DNA of 36,366 nt, taken from Candidatus Bipolaricaulis sp. GTDB taxonomy: Bacteria; Bipolaricaulota; Bipolaricaulia; UBA7950; UBA9294. The notes beneath the pieces are model-generated. The model saw only the letters and a program-made list of their open reading frames with translations, was not told the origin of the DNA and did no database searches. The position numbers and the translations under genes were made by a program. How positions within the stretch are numbered: the first letter of the stretch is position 1; every line of letters begins with the position of its first letter. This document shows positions 17,286 through 25,930 of this stretch, piece by piece. The DNA is taken from positions 1-36,366 of the forward strand of contig JAQTVA010000002.1 in NCBI GenBank assembly GCA_028707055.1, in the 5' to 3' direction.

Positions 17286-19247
17286 GTGGACAAGTCAAGG
17301 GTTCTGATCTGCAGCGCGTGGCCGTATGCCTCCGGGATTCCTCACCTCGGGAACCTCGTGAGCTCGCTCCTTTCCGGCGACGTGTTCGCACGCTACTACC
17401 GCCTGCGCGGCAAGGACGTCGTCTACGTCTCCGGGACCGACGCTCACGGGACGAAGATCGAGTTCGAGGCTCGGAAGCTGGGGATCACGCCGCTCGCGCT
17501 TGCGACGCGAACCCACGAGAGCATCTGTGCGATCCTCGAGGCGTTCAACATCCGGTTCGACAACTACACGACGACGGAGTCCGAGACCCACAAGCGGTTC
17601 GTGCGCGACATCTACCTGGACATGGAGAAGAACGGGTACATCCGAACCCAGCTCGAGTCGCGGGCGTACTGCAGGCGCTGCAAACGATTCCTTGCCGACC
17701 GGTTCATCAGCGGAACGTGCCCGCGCTGCGGCTCCGCGGACGCCTTGGGCGACCAGTGTGACTCCTGCGGCTCGATCCTCGAGCCGGAGGAGTTGGTCTC
17801 GCCCACCTGCAGTTTCTGCAACGAGAGCGACATCGAGTTCCGCGAGACCAAGCACTGGTACCTCGATCTTCCGAAACTGGCGCGCCCGTTGACGTCCTAC
17901 GTTCGATCGCGCGGGTTCCAGGGCAACGTCCACCTGTTCACCCAGCAGATGATCGACGACGGCCTGAAGCCGCGGGCGATGACCCGCGACATCGATTGGG
18001 GAATTCCGGCGCCGTTTGAGGGCGCCGAGGGAAAGGTCATCTACGTCTGGGGCGAAGCCGCCCTCGGCTACGTCTCCGCGACGATCGAGCACCTCGGGTG
18101 CGACGGACGGTGGAAAGAGTTTTGGTTCGGAGACGACGTTCACCAGATCTACACGATCGGCAAGGACAACATCCCGTTCCACTCGCTCATCTTTCCCGGA
18201 CAGCTGATCGCGTCGGGACGCGGATACCACCTTCCGGATCAGATCGCGGCGACGGAGTACCTGAACTGGATCGGCGGCGAGGGCTTTTCCAAGACCCGCG
18301 GCGTCGGGCTCTATTGCGATGAGGCGCTCCGCATGATGGGCGCCGAGCTCTGGCGCTTCTACCTGCTCTACAACCGCCCCGAGGCGCGAGACGTCAACTT
18401 CTCGTGGGAGGAGTTGGAGAAGGCCGTGAACGGCATTCTGATCTCGAACGTCGCCAACCTGATCAACCGAGTGCTGTCGTTCATCCAGACGCATCAGGAG
18501 GGGACGATCGCCGACGTGCCCACGGACGCCGAGGTTGTCGAGCAGCTGGAGAAGGCCGTCGCGGCATACGAGAAGGCCGTCGACGAGGGATTCCTCGGAG
18601 CTGCGCTGCGCGGGGCCTGTGACCTGGCCGTGTTCGGCAACGAGTACTTCCAGCGGAAGCGCCCGTGGGCGACGAACGATGCCGCGGCCGTGGCGAGCGC
18701 GGCGGATCTCGTCAAGGGGATCGCGATCCTCCTTCTGCCCTACGTCCCCACGTTCGCATCGGCCGTGCTGCGCGTCCTGCGCATCGACTCGCCGGCGTGG
18801 AGCGATCTCGACCGGCGACTCGGGGGAACGAGAGTGGCCGACGATCGCGTCCTCCTCGAGCGGATCGACGTCGAGGTCCTGCGCGAACAGGTCGTGGCGA
18901 AGCCGGCCGCGACGGCGGCGGAGCCCACGACGGTGTCGTTCGCGGACTTCTCCAAGCTGGATCTTCGCGTCGGCGTGATCCGCGAGGCGGAGCCGGTGGC
19001 CGGGGCCAGTCGGCTGTATCGCCTCACGGTCGACCTCGGGACGGAGGCGCGGACGTGTGTCGCCGGAATCCGAGGGAGCTACGAGGCCGGCGAGCTTGTC
19101 GGAAAGTCCGTGGTCGTCGTCACAAACCTGGAGAGAAGGACGATCCGCGGGATCGAGTCGGAAGCGATGCTGCTTGCGGCTCAGGGGACGCCGCTCGCCC
19201 TCATCGGCCCGGAGCGACTCGTCGATCCCGGGACGCCCGTAGGGTAG
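17286..19247 (+). CDS. metG: Methionyl-tRNA synthetase with C-terminal EMAP/Trbp111-like tRNA-binding domain.
   Basis: SAWPYASGIPHLGNLV (HIGH-type), zinc knuckles CRRCKRF..CPRCG..CDSCG..CSFC, GFSKTRGVG (KMSKS-type), and C-terminal DLRVGVIREAEPVAGASRLYRLTVDLG...VVVVTNLERRTIRGIESEAMLLAA. Confidence 0.95.
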   Translation: MDKSRVLICSAWPYASGIPHLGNLVSSLLSGDVFARYYRLRGKDVVYVSGTDAHGTKIEFEARKLGITPLALATRTHESICAILEAFNIRFDNYTTTESETHKRFVRDIYLDMEKNGYIRTQLESRAYCRRCKRFLADRFISGTCPRCGSADALGDQCDSCGSILEPEELVSPTCSFCNESDIEFRETKHWYLDLPKLARPLTSYVRSRGFQGNVHLFTQQMIDDGLKPRAMTRDIDWGIPAPFEGAEGKVIYVWGEAALGYVSATIEHLGCDGRWKEFWFGDDVHQIYTIGKDNIPFHSLIFPGQLIASGRGYHLPDQIAATEYLNWIGGEGFSKTRGVGLYCDEALRMMGAELWRFYLLYNRPEARDVNFSWEELEKAVNGILISNVANLINRVLSFIQTHQEGTIADVPTDAEVVEQLEKAVAAYEKAVDEGFLGAALRGACDLAVFGNEYFQRKRPWATNDAAAVASAADLVKGIAILLLPYVPTFASAVLRVLRIDSPAWSDLDRRLGGTRVADDRVLLERIDVEVLREQVVAKPAATAAEPTTVSFADFSKLDLRVGVIREAEPVAGASRLYRLTVDLGTEARTCVAGIRGSYEAGELVGKSVVVVTNLERRTIRGIESEAMLLAAQGTPLALIGPERLVDPGTPVG

Positions 19248-19251
19248 CCTG

Positions 19252-19280
19252 TTGCAAACGTAGACCGCGACAGCTAGAAT
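19252..19280 (+). promoter_or_regulatory. Sigma70-type promoter of the rplU operon (TTGCAA - 17 nt - TAGAAT).
   Basis: TTGCAA at 19252-19257, a 17-nt spacer, and TAGAAT at 19275-19280, ending 26 nt upstream of ATG 19307. Confidence 0.55.
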
Positions 19281-19306
19281 CGGACCCAGATTGGGGTGAA
19301 CCACCG

Positions 19307-19621
19307 ATGTATGCAGTGATTGAGACCGGAGGAAAGCAGTACCGAGTGGAGCAGGGGATGCTGCTTGCCCACGAGCTCTTGCCCGGCGTCGAGGTCGGGG
19401 AGACGGTGGAGTTCGACAAGGTGCTTCTTCTAGCGAAAGATGATGACGTGCGCATCGGCACGCCGTACGTCGACGGCGCCAAGGTCGTCGGACAGGTCAA
19501 GGAGACCGGGCGCGACGACAAGATCATCGTCTACAAGTACAAGGCCAAGAAGGGGTACCGGAAGAAGCAGGGGCATCGCCAGGACTACATGGCGACCTCG
19601 ATCACGTCGATCGAAGGCTAG
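19307..19621 (+). CDS. rplU: 50S ribosomal protein L21.
   Basis: MYAVIETGGKQYRVEQG...IIVYKYKAKKGYRKKQGHRQDY. ATG at 19307 lies inside the longer track ORF 18665-19621. Confidence 0.95.
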   Translation: MYAVIETGGKQYRVEQGMLLAHELLPGVEVGETVEFDKVLLLAKDDDVRIGTPYVDGAKVVGQVKETGRDDKIIVYKYKAKKGYRKKQGHRQDYMATSITSIEG

Positions 19622-19629
19622 GGGGACGG

Positions 19630-19956
19630 TTGGGAGAGGTTCTGGTCCAGCGGGATGAGGCGAACCGGATCGTAGGGTTCGTGGCTCGGGGGCTCTCGCC
19701 GGAGATGCTGCCCGGAATCGGCGTGTTCCAGCTTCTGCGAGCGGGATCTGCGGCGCTGACGGAGTATCTGCACGTCCCGACCGACAGCTCCCTCTCGGAG
19801 GAGATGTACATTGCCGTCGACCGGAGCGATCCGCACCTCGCGCGCGAGGTGGATGCGGTTCTCGAGATGCTGGCCATCGGGTTTCGCCTACTGGAGAGGG
19901 ATTGCCCCGACGACCTCATGGTCCGCGACGCGGCGGTCGGCGTAGAGGTTGTGTAA
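19630..19956 (+). CDS. Prp-like (DUF464 / ribosomal-processing cysteine protease family) protein, apparently lacking the catalytic His/Cys.
   Basis: It holds the conserved position between rplU and rpmA, has typical size (108 aa) and a TTG start after GGGGGA. The region that should carry GHA...D(I/V)VCA reads [25 protein letters not shown]. Confidence 0.55.
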   Translation: MGEVLVQRDEANRIVGFVARGLSPEMLPGIGVFQLLRAGSAALTEYLHVPTDSSLSEEMYIAVDRSDPHLAREVDAVLEMLAIGFRLLERDCPDDLMVRDAAVGVEVV

Positions 19957-19966
19957 GGAGATAGAG

Positions 19967-20227
19967 ATGGCGCACAAAACGAGTACCGGGTCCACGCAGA
20001 ACGTCCATGACAGTCCGGGTCAGCGGCTCGGCATCAAACGTTTCGGTGGCGAGTGGGTGGAGGCGGGAGCCATCATCGTCCGCCAGCGGGGAACGAAGTT
20101 CGCGGTCGGAACGAACGTCGGTATTGGACGGGACTTCACGATTTTCGCCACCGCTCCAGGGTACGTTCACTTCGAGGGACGGGGCAAGAAGCACATCAGT
20201 GTACTGCCCACCGCACAAGCCTCCTGA
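19967..20227 (+). CDS. rpmA: 50S ribosomal protein L27.
   Basis: [29 protein letters not shown]...[14 protein letters not shown] at 19955-19960 lies 6 nt before ATG 19967. No N-terminal propeptide. Confidence 0.95.
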   Translation: MAHKTSTGSTQNVHDSPGQRLGIKRFGGEWVEAGAIIVRQRGTKFAVGTNVGIGRDFTIFATAPGYVHFEGRGKKHISVLPTAQAS

Positions 20228-20262
20228 CCTGTCGACCCGCGAGTCCTTCCCTGTGACGATCG

Positions 20263-21540
20263 ATGTTTCTTGACGAGGCGACCATCCGCGTGCGTGGGGG
20301 GCGCGGCGGCAGCGGAGTGGTTCACTTCCTCTCGAGCCGTCACAACCCGCGGGGAGGTCCCGACGGCGGGAACGGCGGCCCCGGCGGCGACGTCGTCCTG
20401 CGGGCGACCCCGAGCATGTCCACGCTGTACTCGTTCCGGAACCGCCCGCTGTTTGCGGGGCGCGACGGGGGGAGTGGGGCTCGAAACCGCCAAAACGGCG
20501 CGGCGGGAGAGGAACTGGTCGTCCACGTCCCCGTCGGAACCGTCGTCCGAGGCCCGGACGGCGAAATCCTCGCCGACCTGGCGCTTGCGAACGACGAGGT
20601 GATCGTCGCGCGGGGAGGAGAGGGCGGTCGCGGCAACTGCAGCTTTGCCTGTTCCACGCGAACGACACCGCGACTCCGTGAGCGTGGGCTTCCCGGCGAC
20701 GCGAGGCTGTTGCGCCTCGAGCTCCGGCTGATCGCCGACGTCGGCATCATCGGGTATCCGAACGTCGGCAAGTCGAGCCTGATCTCGGCGATCTCCGGGA
20801 AGCGCGCCAAGGTGGCCGACTACCCGTTCACGACGCTTGTGCCGAACCTCGGCGTGGTGGATGTGGACGGCCGCAACCAGTTCGTCGCCGTCGACGTTCC
20901 GGGACTCGTCGAAGGGGCGCACGAGGGGCGAGGGTTGGGCGACCGCTTCCTACGGCACATCGAGCGGACCCGGGTCCTTCTCCACATGGTGGATCTGGCC
21001 CGACTCGACGGGCGCGATCCGCTCGAGGACTACCATCGGATCAACCACGAGCTCGTCTCCTTCGCCCCGGCGCTCGGAGCGAGGCCGCAGCTCGTCGCGG
21101 GGAACAAGATCGATCTCATCTCCGGGGAAGAGGCGGAGGCGCTGCGGGAGCGCTTCGCAGCCTTGGGTGTGGAGCTCGTTCCGATCTCGGTGGCGACAAT
21201 GAGCGGTGTGCGGGACGTCGTCCAGCGCGTCTATCGCATGCTAGTGGAGGAGCGGGAGAAGGAGCTGTTCGCGCCCGCGCCGCTCCGGCGGCGCGTGTAC
21301 CAATTCCACGGAGAGACCGGATTTCGTGTGGAACGGGACGAGAGTGGGTTCCGCATCACCGGGCAGGAGGTGGAGACCCTGGCGCGAAAGCTGGTCCTCA
21401 CGTCCCGCGATGCGGAGGAGTACTTGCGGGACCGGCTAGAGAAGATGGGCGTGACGAAGGAGCTTCGGCGCCTGGGGTATCGCGCCGGCGACGCGGTGCG
21501 GATCGGCGAGGTGGGGCTTGCATTCGAGCTTGAGGAATAG
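20263..21540 (+). CDS. obg: GTPase Obg/CgtA with C-terminal OCT domain.
   Basis: MFLDEATIRVRGGRGGSG..GGPDGGNGGPGGDVVL (Obg fold), G1 GYPNVGKSS, G3 DVPGLVEGA, G4 NKID. Confidence 0.95.
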   Translation: MFLDEATIRVRGGRGGSGVVHFLSSRHNPRGGPDGGNGGPGGDVVLRATPSMSTLYSFRNRPLFAGRDGGSGARNRQNGAAGEELVVHVPVGTVVRGPDGEILADLALANDEVIVARGGEGGRGNCSFACSTRTTPRLRERGLPGDARLLRLELRLIADVGIIGYPNVGKSSLISAISGKRAKVADYPFTTLVPNLGVVDVDGRNQFVAVDVPGLVEGAHEGRGLGDRFLRHIERTRVLLHMVDLARLDGRDPLEDYHRINHELVSFAPALGARPQLVAGNKIDLISGEEAEALRERFAALGVELVPISVATMSGVRDVVQRVYRMLVEEREKELFAPAPLRRRVYQFHGETGFRVERDESGFRITGQEVETLARKLVLTSRDAEEYLRDRLEKMGVTKELRRLGYRAGDAVRIGEVGLAFELEE

Positions 21541-22162
21541 GGTCGGGGTCCTCGGTGGAGCGTTCGACCCGCCGCACAATGCGCATCTGGCCGTCGCAAG
21601 AGCGGCGTTGCGGCAGTTCGAGTTGGCTCGGGTGATCTTCGTTCCGAACGGCATCCCACCGCAGAAGGCCCCGACCGACGGCGTCACGAGCGAGGACCGG
21701 TACCGGATGGTTCGCCGGGCCATAGCGGGCCGCGCCCACCTCTCCGTGTCGCGGATCGAGATCGATCGGGACGGGCCCTCGTACACCATTGACACGATCC
21801 GCGCAATGAAGGAAGATTGCCCCGAAGGGGTCTGCTTCATCCTCGGAGCCGACCAGTTGTTCGCGATTGAGACATGGAGGGAGTCGCAAGCCCTGTTGAA
21901 GAGCGTGCCGTTCGTTGTTGCGCCTCGCGCCGGGGTTTCGCTCTCCTTTCTGGAGAGGCCGCCGTTTGACGTCGCGTCGATCCACGTGCTGGAGATGGAC
22001 GAGGTGGACCTGTCGTCGACGGAGATTCGCGACCGGGCCGCGCGGGGTGAGTCAATCGAGGCGTGGGTTCCTCGGAGTGTGGCGCGGTACGTCGAGGAAC
22101 ACGGGTTGTATCGAGTAGGAGCTGCGGTGAGATCCCACGGAGCAGGAGGTCAGGATCGATAG
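21518..22162 (+). CDS. nadD: Nicotinate-nucleotide adenylyltransferase.
   Basis: VGVLGGAFDPPHNAHL, ...SSTEIRDR. TTG 21518 has GAGGTG upstream and overlaps the obg end by 23 nt. An alternative TTG lies at 21530. Confidence 0.9.
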   Translation: MHSSLRNRVGVLGGAFDPPHNAHLAVARAALRQFELARVIFVPNGIPPQKAPTDGVTSEDRYRMVRRAIAGRAHLSVSRIEIDRDGPSYTIDTIRAMKEDCPEGVCFILGADQLFAIETWRESQALLKSVPFVVAPRAGVSLSFLERPPFDVASIHVLEMDEVDLSSTEIRDRAARGESIEAWVPRSVARYVEEHGLYRVGAAVRSHGAGGQDR

Positions 22163-22664
22163 CAAGACGTTGCGTGTGAACGAGCGGATTCGCGTTCCCG
22201 AGGTTCGCGTCGTCGATGACACCGGAGAGAACCTCGGCGTGCTGCCGACGGCCCAAGCGATCGCGCTAGCGAAGGAGAAGGGTCTTGATCTGGTCGAGGT
22301 GGCGCCGCAGGCGTCACCGCCCGTCTGCCGGCTCGTGGACTTCGGCAAGTTCCACTACCAGCAGGAGAAGAAGGAGCGGAAGCAGAAGCACCGCTCCAAA
22401 CTCAAAGAGGTCAAGTTCACGATCAAGATCGGCGAGCACGACTTCCAGACGAAGTTGAACAGGGTTCGGGAGTTCCTGTCTCACGGAGACATGGTCCGCA
22501 TCAGCATCTTCTTCCGCGGGCGAGAGATCGTCCACGCCTCTCGGGGGCATGACCTGCTCAAGCGGGTGGAGGAAGAGGTCAAGGACATCGCCCGGGTCGA
22601 AGGGCAGCCGATGGCCAAGGGCAAGATCCTGCAGATGATGGTCGTTCCCGCGCAGCATTCCTGA
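22155..22664 (+). CDS. infC: Translation initiation factor IF-3, probable non-canonical ATC start.
   Basis: ..LRVNERIRVPEVRVVDDTGENLGVLPTAQAIALAKEKGLDLVEVAPQASPPVCRLVDFGKF. AGGAGG at 22144-22149 is 5 nt from in-frame ATC 22155 but 20 nt from the track start TTG 22170. Confidence 0.9.
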   Translation: MDSKTLRVNERIRVPEVRVVDDTGENLGVLPTAQAIALAKEKGLDLVEVAPQASPPVCRLVDFGKFHYQQEKKERKQKHRSKLKEVKFTIKIGEHDFQTKLNRVREFLSHGDMVRISIFFRGREIVHASRGHDLLKRVEEEVKDIARVEGQPMAKGKILQMMVVPAQHS

Positions 22665-22690
22665 CCGCCCCCTGGGGAGGAGGACATACG

Positions 22691-22885
22691 GTGCCGAAGC
22701 AGAAGACACACTCCGCATCGAAGAAGCGCTTCACACGGACGAAGAGCGGCAAGATCATGCACGCCATGTCGAACTACTGGCACAAGAACGTGAAGAAGCG
22801 CCCGAAGGCGAAGCGGCACGCTCGCATGCCGAAAGAAGTGACCGGCGGGCTGAAGAAGATGCTGGACAAGATGATCTCGAAGTAG
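22691..22885 (+). CDS. rpmI: 50S ribosomal protein L35.
   Basis: MPKQKTHSASKKRFTRTKSGKIMH. GTG start preceded by GGGGAGGAGG. Confidence 0.93.
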   Translation: MPKQKTHSASKKRFTRTKSGKIMHAMSNYWHKNVKKRPKAKRHARMPKEVTGGLKKMLDKMISK

Positions 22886-22913
22886 CCCTCCGGGCCAAGC
22901 GAAGGAGAAGACC

Positions 22914-23276
22914 ATGCCACGAGCGCGTGGAGGCAGCAAGAGACTCAACAGCCGCAAGAAGATCCTGAGTCTCGCCAAAGGGTTCAAGGGGAAGCGGGGC
23001 ACGTCGCACAAGATCGCCAAGCAGGCGGTCATGCACGCTCTGCGCAACAGCTACATCGACCGCCGGCTCCGAAAGCGTAACTTCCGGCGATTGTGGATCA
23101 CCCGTGTCGGAGCGGCGGCGAAGCGGAACGGACTCTCGTACTCCGCGTTCCTAGGCGGAATTCAGCGTCGAGGCGTCCTCCTGAACCGGAAGATGCTCGC
23201 AGACATCGCGGTTCGCGACGAGCGGGCGTTCGCCGCACTCGCCGACATCGCGAAGGAAGAGGCGGTCAAGGGGTAG
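22914..23276 (+). CDS. rplT: 50S ribosomal protein L20.
   Basis: MPRARGGSKRLNSRKKILSLAKGFKGKRG...RRLWITRVGAAAK...LADIAV. Confidence 0.95.
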   Translation: MPRARGGSKRLNSRKKILSLAKGFKGKRGTSHKIAKQAVMHALRNSYIDRRLRKRNFRRLWITRVGAAAKRNGLSYSAFLGGIQRRGVLLNRKMLADIAVRDERAFAALADIAKEEAVKG

Positions 23277-23278
23277 CG

Positions 23279-23767
23279 GTGAGCGCTGCCGTACGGCAAG
23301 AACCGAGACCCGATCGGGCGGCGCCGTGCGAGGCGTCGTTCGCAGTCCATGGCGACACCCCGGGCGAGCGGGATTCCAGCCCTCGAAGGGGCGCCGGCGC
23401 CGAAGACGTCGTGCTCGCCGTCGGGGGAATCGAGGTTCGGGGACTGCACGGCGTTCACCCGCAGGAAAGGGAGACTGGGAATCGTTTCTCGGTCGATGTC
23501 GAGATGCGCGGCTCGTTCGAACGGGCCGCAGAGACGGACGAGCTCGCAGATACCGTCGACTACGATGCGGTCGCGCAGAGCGTCCGCGAAGTCAACCGGA
23601 GGCAAACGTATCGCCTCATCGAGTCCTTCGCCGGCGCCATCGCGAACGAACTGCTCGATCGCTTCGAGCGCATCCATGGGGTGCGCATCCGCGTCCGCAA
23701 GCTCTCCGTCGAGAACCTGGGGCCGAGTGCATGGACGATGGTCGAACTGAGCCGGCGGCGGGCGTAG
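23279..23767 (+). CDS. folB: Dihydroneopterin aldolase.
   Basis: The conserved core is IEVRGLHGVHPQERETGNRFSVDVEM...TDELADTVDYDAV...RLIESFAGAIANELL..VRIRVRK. The start is uncertain. GTG 23279 has AAGGGG upstream but adds ~44 non-conserved aa. GTG 23411 gives a typical 118-aa protein. Confidence 0.8.
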   Translation: MSAAVRQEPRPDRAAPCEASFAVHGDTPGERDSSPRRGAGAEDVVLAVGGIEVRGLHGVHPQERETGNRFSVDVEMRGSFERAAETDELADTVDYDAVAQSVREVNRRQTYRLIESFAGAIANELLDRFERIHGVRIRVRKLSVENLGPSAWTMVELSRRRA

Positions 23768-24264
23768 TCCCTGCCGAGGTGTACATCCTCTTCGGATCGA
23801 ACCTCGGGGACCGGCGCCGGAGGATCGAGCGAGGGCTGCGTCACATGGAGCGAAGCGGCGTTCACTGGACGGCCCGCTCGTCGATCTACGAGACCGAACC
23901 GGTGGGTGTCACGGACCAACCGTGGTTCCTGAATCTCGTGGCCAGAGGCGTGACCCCCCTCGCTCCGCGGGCGCTCCTCGGAGCCTGCAAGGCCGCGGAG
24001 GCTGCGGAGAACCGGGTTCCCTCCATCCGCTTCGGTCCACGAACGCTCGACGTCGACGTCCTCCTCTACGGCACGGCCCGCATTGAGGAGCCGGACTTCA
24101 CCGTGCCGCATCCGCGGATGAACGAACGAAGGTTCGCACTCACGCCGCTGGTGGAGATTGCTCCAGACCTGACGGACCCACGAGATGGGCAACGCTTCGC
24201 CGACATTCTGGCGAGACTCGATGAGGGAAGGAAGGTGCTGAAATCGACGACAAGAGAATCCTGA
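23731..24264 (+). CDS. folK: 2-amino-4-hydroxy-6-hydroxymethyldihydropteridine pyrophosphokinase (HPPK).
   Basis: VYILFGSNLGDR, IYETEPVG..DQPWFLN, FGPRTLDVDVLLYG, VPHPRMNERRFALTPL. ATG 23731 overlaps the folB end. Confidence 0.88.
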   Translation: MDDGRTEPAAGVVPAEVYILFGSNLGDRRRRIERGLRHMERSGVHWTARSSIYETEPVGVTDQPWFLNLVARGVTPLAPRALLGACKAAEAAENRVPSIRFGPRTLDVDVLLYGTARIEEPDFTVPHPRMNERRFALTPLVEIAPDLTDPRDGQRFADILARLDEGRKVLKSTTRES

Positions 24265-24269
24265 TCTCC

Positions 24270-25487
24270 GTGGACGTGACGGAGGAAGGCGACAAGAGAA
24301 CACGTGTCGCGCTCCTCGAAGAGGGTCGCCTCATGGAGATCTACTACGGGCATCCCTCGCACGAGAAGCTGGTGGGGAACATCTACCGGGGGCGCGTGGA
24401 GGACGTGCTTCCCGGCTTGGGGTCGGCGTTCGTGGACGTCGGAGAGCGGAAGAGCCTCTTCCTCTCCCAGAGCGAGATCAACGACTCATACCTTCTCGAG
24501 AAGGGGTTCAAGCCCTGGCAGGCGGGCGTGCCGATTACGAAGCTCCTGCGGCCGGGGCAGTACGTCACGCTGCAGGTTCGACGAGACGGGATCGGCAGCA
24601 AGAACCCCCAAGGGACGATGAAGATCAGCCTTCCGGGGCGATTCTGGGTCTACCTTCCGACGGAGGATCGGCTCGGCGTGTCCCGCCGCGTCGAGTCCGT
24701 GCGGGACCAACGTCGAATTCGCCGGGTTGCGCGGGCGCTCAAGCAGAACGGCGAGGGCATGATCGCGCGAACCGCCGCGCAGTGGGCGACCGACGAGGAC
24801 CTGGAGCGCGACTACCGACTGCTCGTCGAGACCTGGGGACGCGTCGAGGAGGCCTCCAAGGCGACGAACGGGGCCCGGCTCCTGTACAAGGCGATGGGGC
24901 TTGTGCAGACCGTGCTGCGCGATCGGCTGGGACCGGAGATGAACGAGGTCGTGGTCGACTCGCCGTTCTTCTACGAGAAGATCGCCTCGTTCCTCGACTA
25001 CATGCAGCTCGCGGAGTTCAAGGATCGGGTTCAACTGCACAAGGGGTCCGAGTCGCTCTTCGCGAAGTACAACGTGGAGCAGCAAATCCAGGACAGCCTC
25101 TCGCGGCGCGTGCCGCTGGCCGGGGGAGGGTCGTTGGTGATCGACGAGACCGAGGCGCTGATCGCCATCGACGTCAACACCGGGGGCGACGTCCGCCACC
25201 GCAACCAGGAGGCGGCTATCCTGAACACGAACTTGGAGGCGGCGACGGAGATCGCGCGGCAGCTTCGCCTTCGCCAGATGAGCGGAATCATTGTCGTCGA
25301 CTTCGTGGACATGGAGGAGCCGGCCCACATCCAACAGGTCGTCGACCGGGTGAAGGAGGAGCTGAAGAAGGATCGCGTGTCGGCCGACTTCGTCGACATG
25401 ACCGCCCTGGGCCTGGTCGAGATCACCCGGAAACGTCGCGGCGAGAGTCTTGCCGACATGCTGGAGAACGCGAAGTTCGATGCGTGA
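24270..25487 (+). CDS. rng: Ribonuclease E/G family endoribonuclease (RNase G-like, 405 aa).
   Basis: S1 domain GNIYRGRVEDVLPGLGSAFVDVG, catalytic region LVIDETEALIAIDVNTGG, and SGIIVVDFVDM. GTG start at 24270. The frame is open from 24225, so the start could be slightly upstream. Confidence 0.88.
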   Translation: MDVTEEGDKRTRVALLEEGRLMEIYYGHPSHEKLVGNIYRGRVEDVLPGLGSAFVDVGERKSLFLSQSEINDSYLLEKGFKPWQAGVPITKLLRPGQYVTLQVRRDGIGSKNPQGTMKISLPGRFWVYLPTEDRLGVSRRVESVRDQRRIRRVARALKQNGEGMIARTAAQWATDEDLERDYRLLVETWGRVEEASKATNGARLLYKAMGLVQTVLRDRLGPEMNEVVVDSPFFYEKIASFLDYMQLAEFKDRVQLHKGSESLFAKYNVEQQIQDSLSRRVPLAGGGSLVIDETEALIAIDVNTGGDVRHRNQEAAILNTNLEAATEIARQLRLRQMSGIIVVDFVDMEEPAHIQQVVDRVKEELKKDRVSADFVDMTALGLVEITRKRRGESLADMLENAKFDA

Positions 25488-25508
25488 GGACGGCTCAAAA
25501 CCTCGCGC

Positions 25509-25534
25509 GGAGGGGCTCTCGGGTCCCTCCCTTT
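25509..25534 (+). terminator. Weak terminator-like hairpin after rng.
   Basis: GGAGGG-gctctcgggt-CCCTCC followed by CTTTCG, 22 nt after the rng stop. The T-tract is poor. Confidence 0.3.
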
Positions 25535-25547
25535 CGACCGCGACTCG

Positions 25548-25556
25548 TGGTACAAT
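25548..25556 (+). promoter_or_regulatory. Extended -10 box TGGTACAAT(GAGAC), probable tRNA-Val promoter.
   Basis: TGGTACAATGAGAC (25548-25561) differs at one position from the tRNA-Ala promoter TGGTAGAATGAGAC. It lies about 375 nt upstream of tRNA-Val. Confidence 0.4.
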
Positions 25557-25601
25557 GAGACCCGCAGAGCCCCGAGAACTCCGGTGCGCTCTGACGGAAA
25601 C

Positions 25602-25930
25602 GGGCGAATAGCTTCGTCGCCGGGGAGTGTGGCGACTCCGCTGTTCGCTTTGACGGTAGAAGGGCGAATAGCTCCGCCGCCCGAGGGGAAGATGGCGGCT
25701 CCGCTGTTCGCTTCAAGGGTAGAGGGGCGAATGGCTTCGCCGATCGCCTTGTAGGTAGAAGAGGGCGAATGACTCGCCGCGTGGGGTTCTGAGGCGCGGC
25801 TCGTCGATCGCCTTAGTAGGTAGAAGAGGGCGAATGACTCGCCGCGTGAGGCTTTGAGGCGCGGCTCGTCGATCGCCTTAGTAGGTAGAAGAGGGCGAAT
25901 GGCTTCGCCGATCGCCTTGTAGGTAGAAGA
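25602..25930 (+). repeat. Six tandem units, each beginning with a copy of the tRNA-Val 5' end and able to form an acceptor-stem-like hairpin.
   Basis: Units start at 25602, 25662, 25725, 25763, 25828 and 25893, with lengths 60, 63, 38, 65, 65 and 38 nt. All begin GGGCGAAT(A/G)(G/A)CT. Units 3 and 6 are identical (38/38). Units 4 and 5 differ at 3 of 65 positions. Confidence 0.85.

Noticed and set aside
17295-19304. A 669-aa antisense ORF covering metG. Similar cases are 26568-28406 + (612 aa, over ribD/rpe) and 31838-33403 + (521 aa, over dnaX).
   Set aside because: Each is exactly co-extensive with a well-supported gene on the opposite strand. Their compositions are dominated by Arg, Asp, Gly and Pro, with no recognisable domains.
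25602-25930. Possible CRISPR array, suggested by regularly spaced repeats of 38-65 nt.
   Set aside because: There is no constant repeat alternating with unique spacers. Whole units are near-duplicates of one another, every unit starts with the tRNA-Val 5' end, and no cas genes are present.
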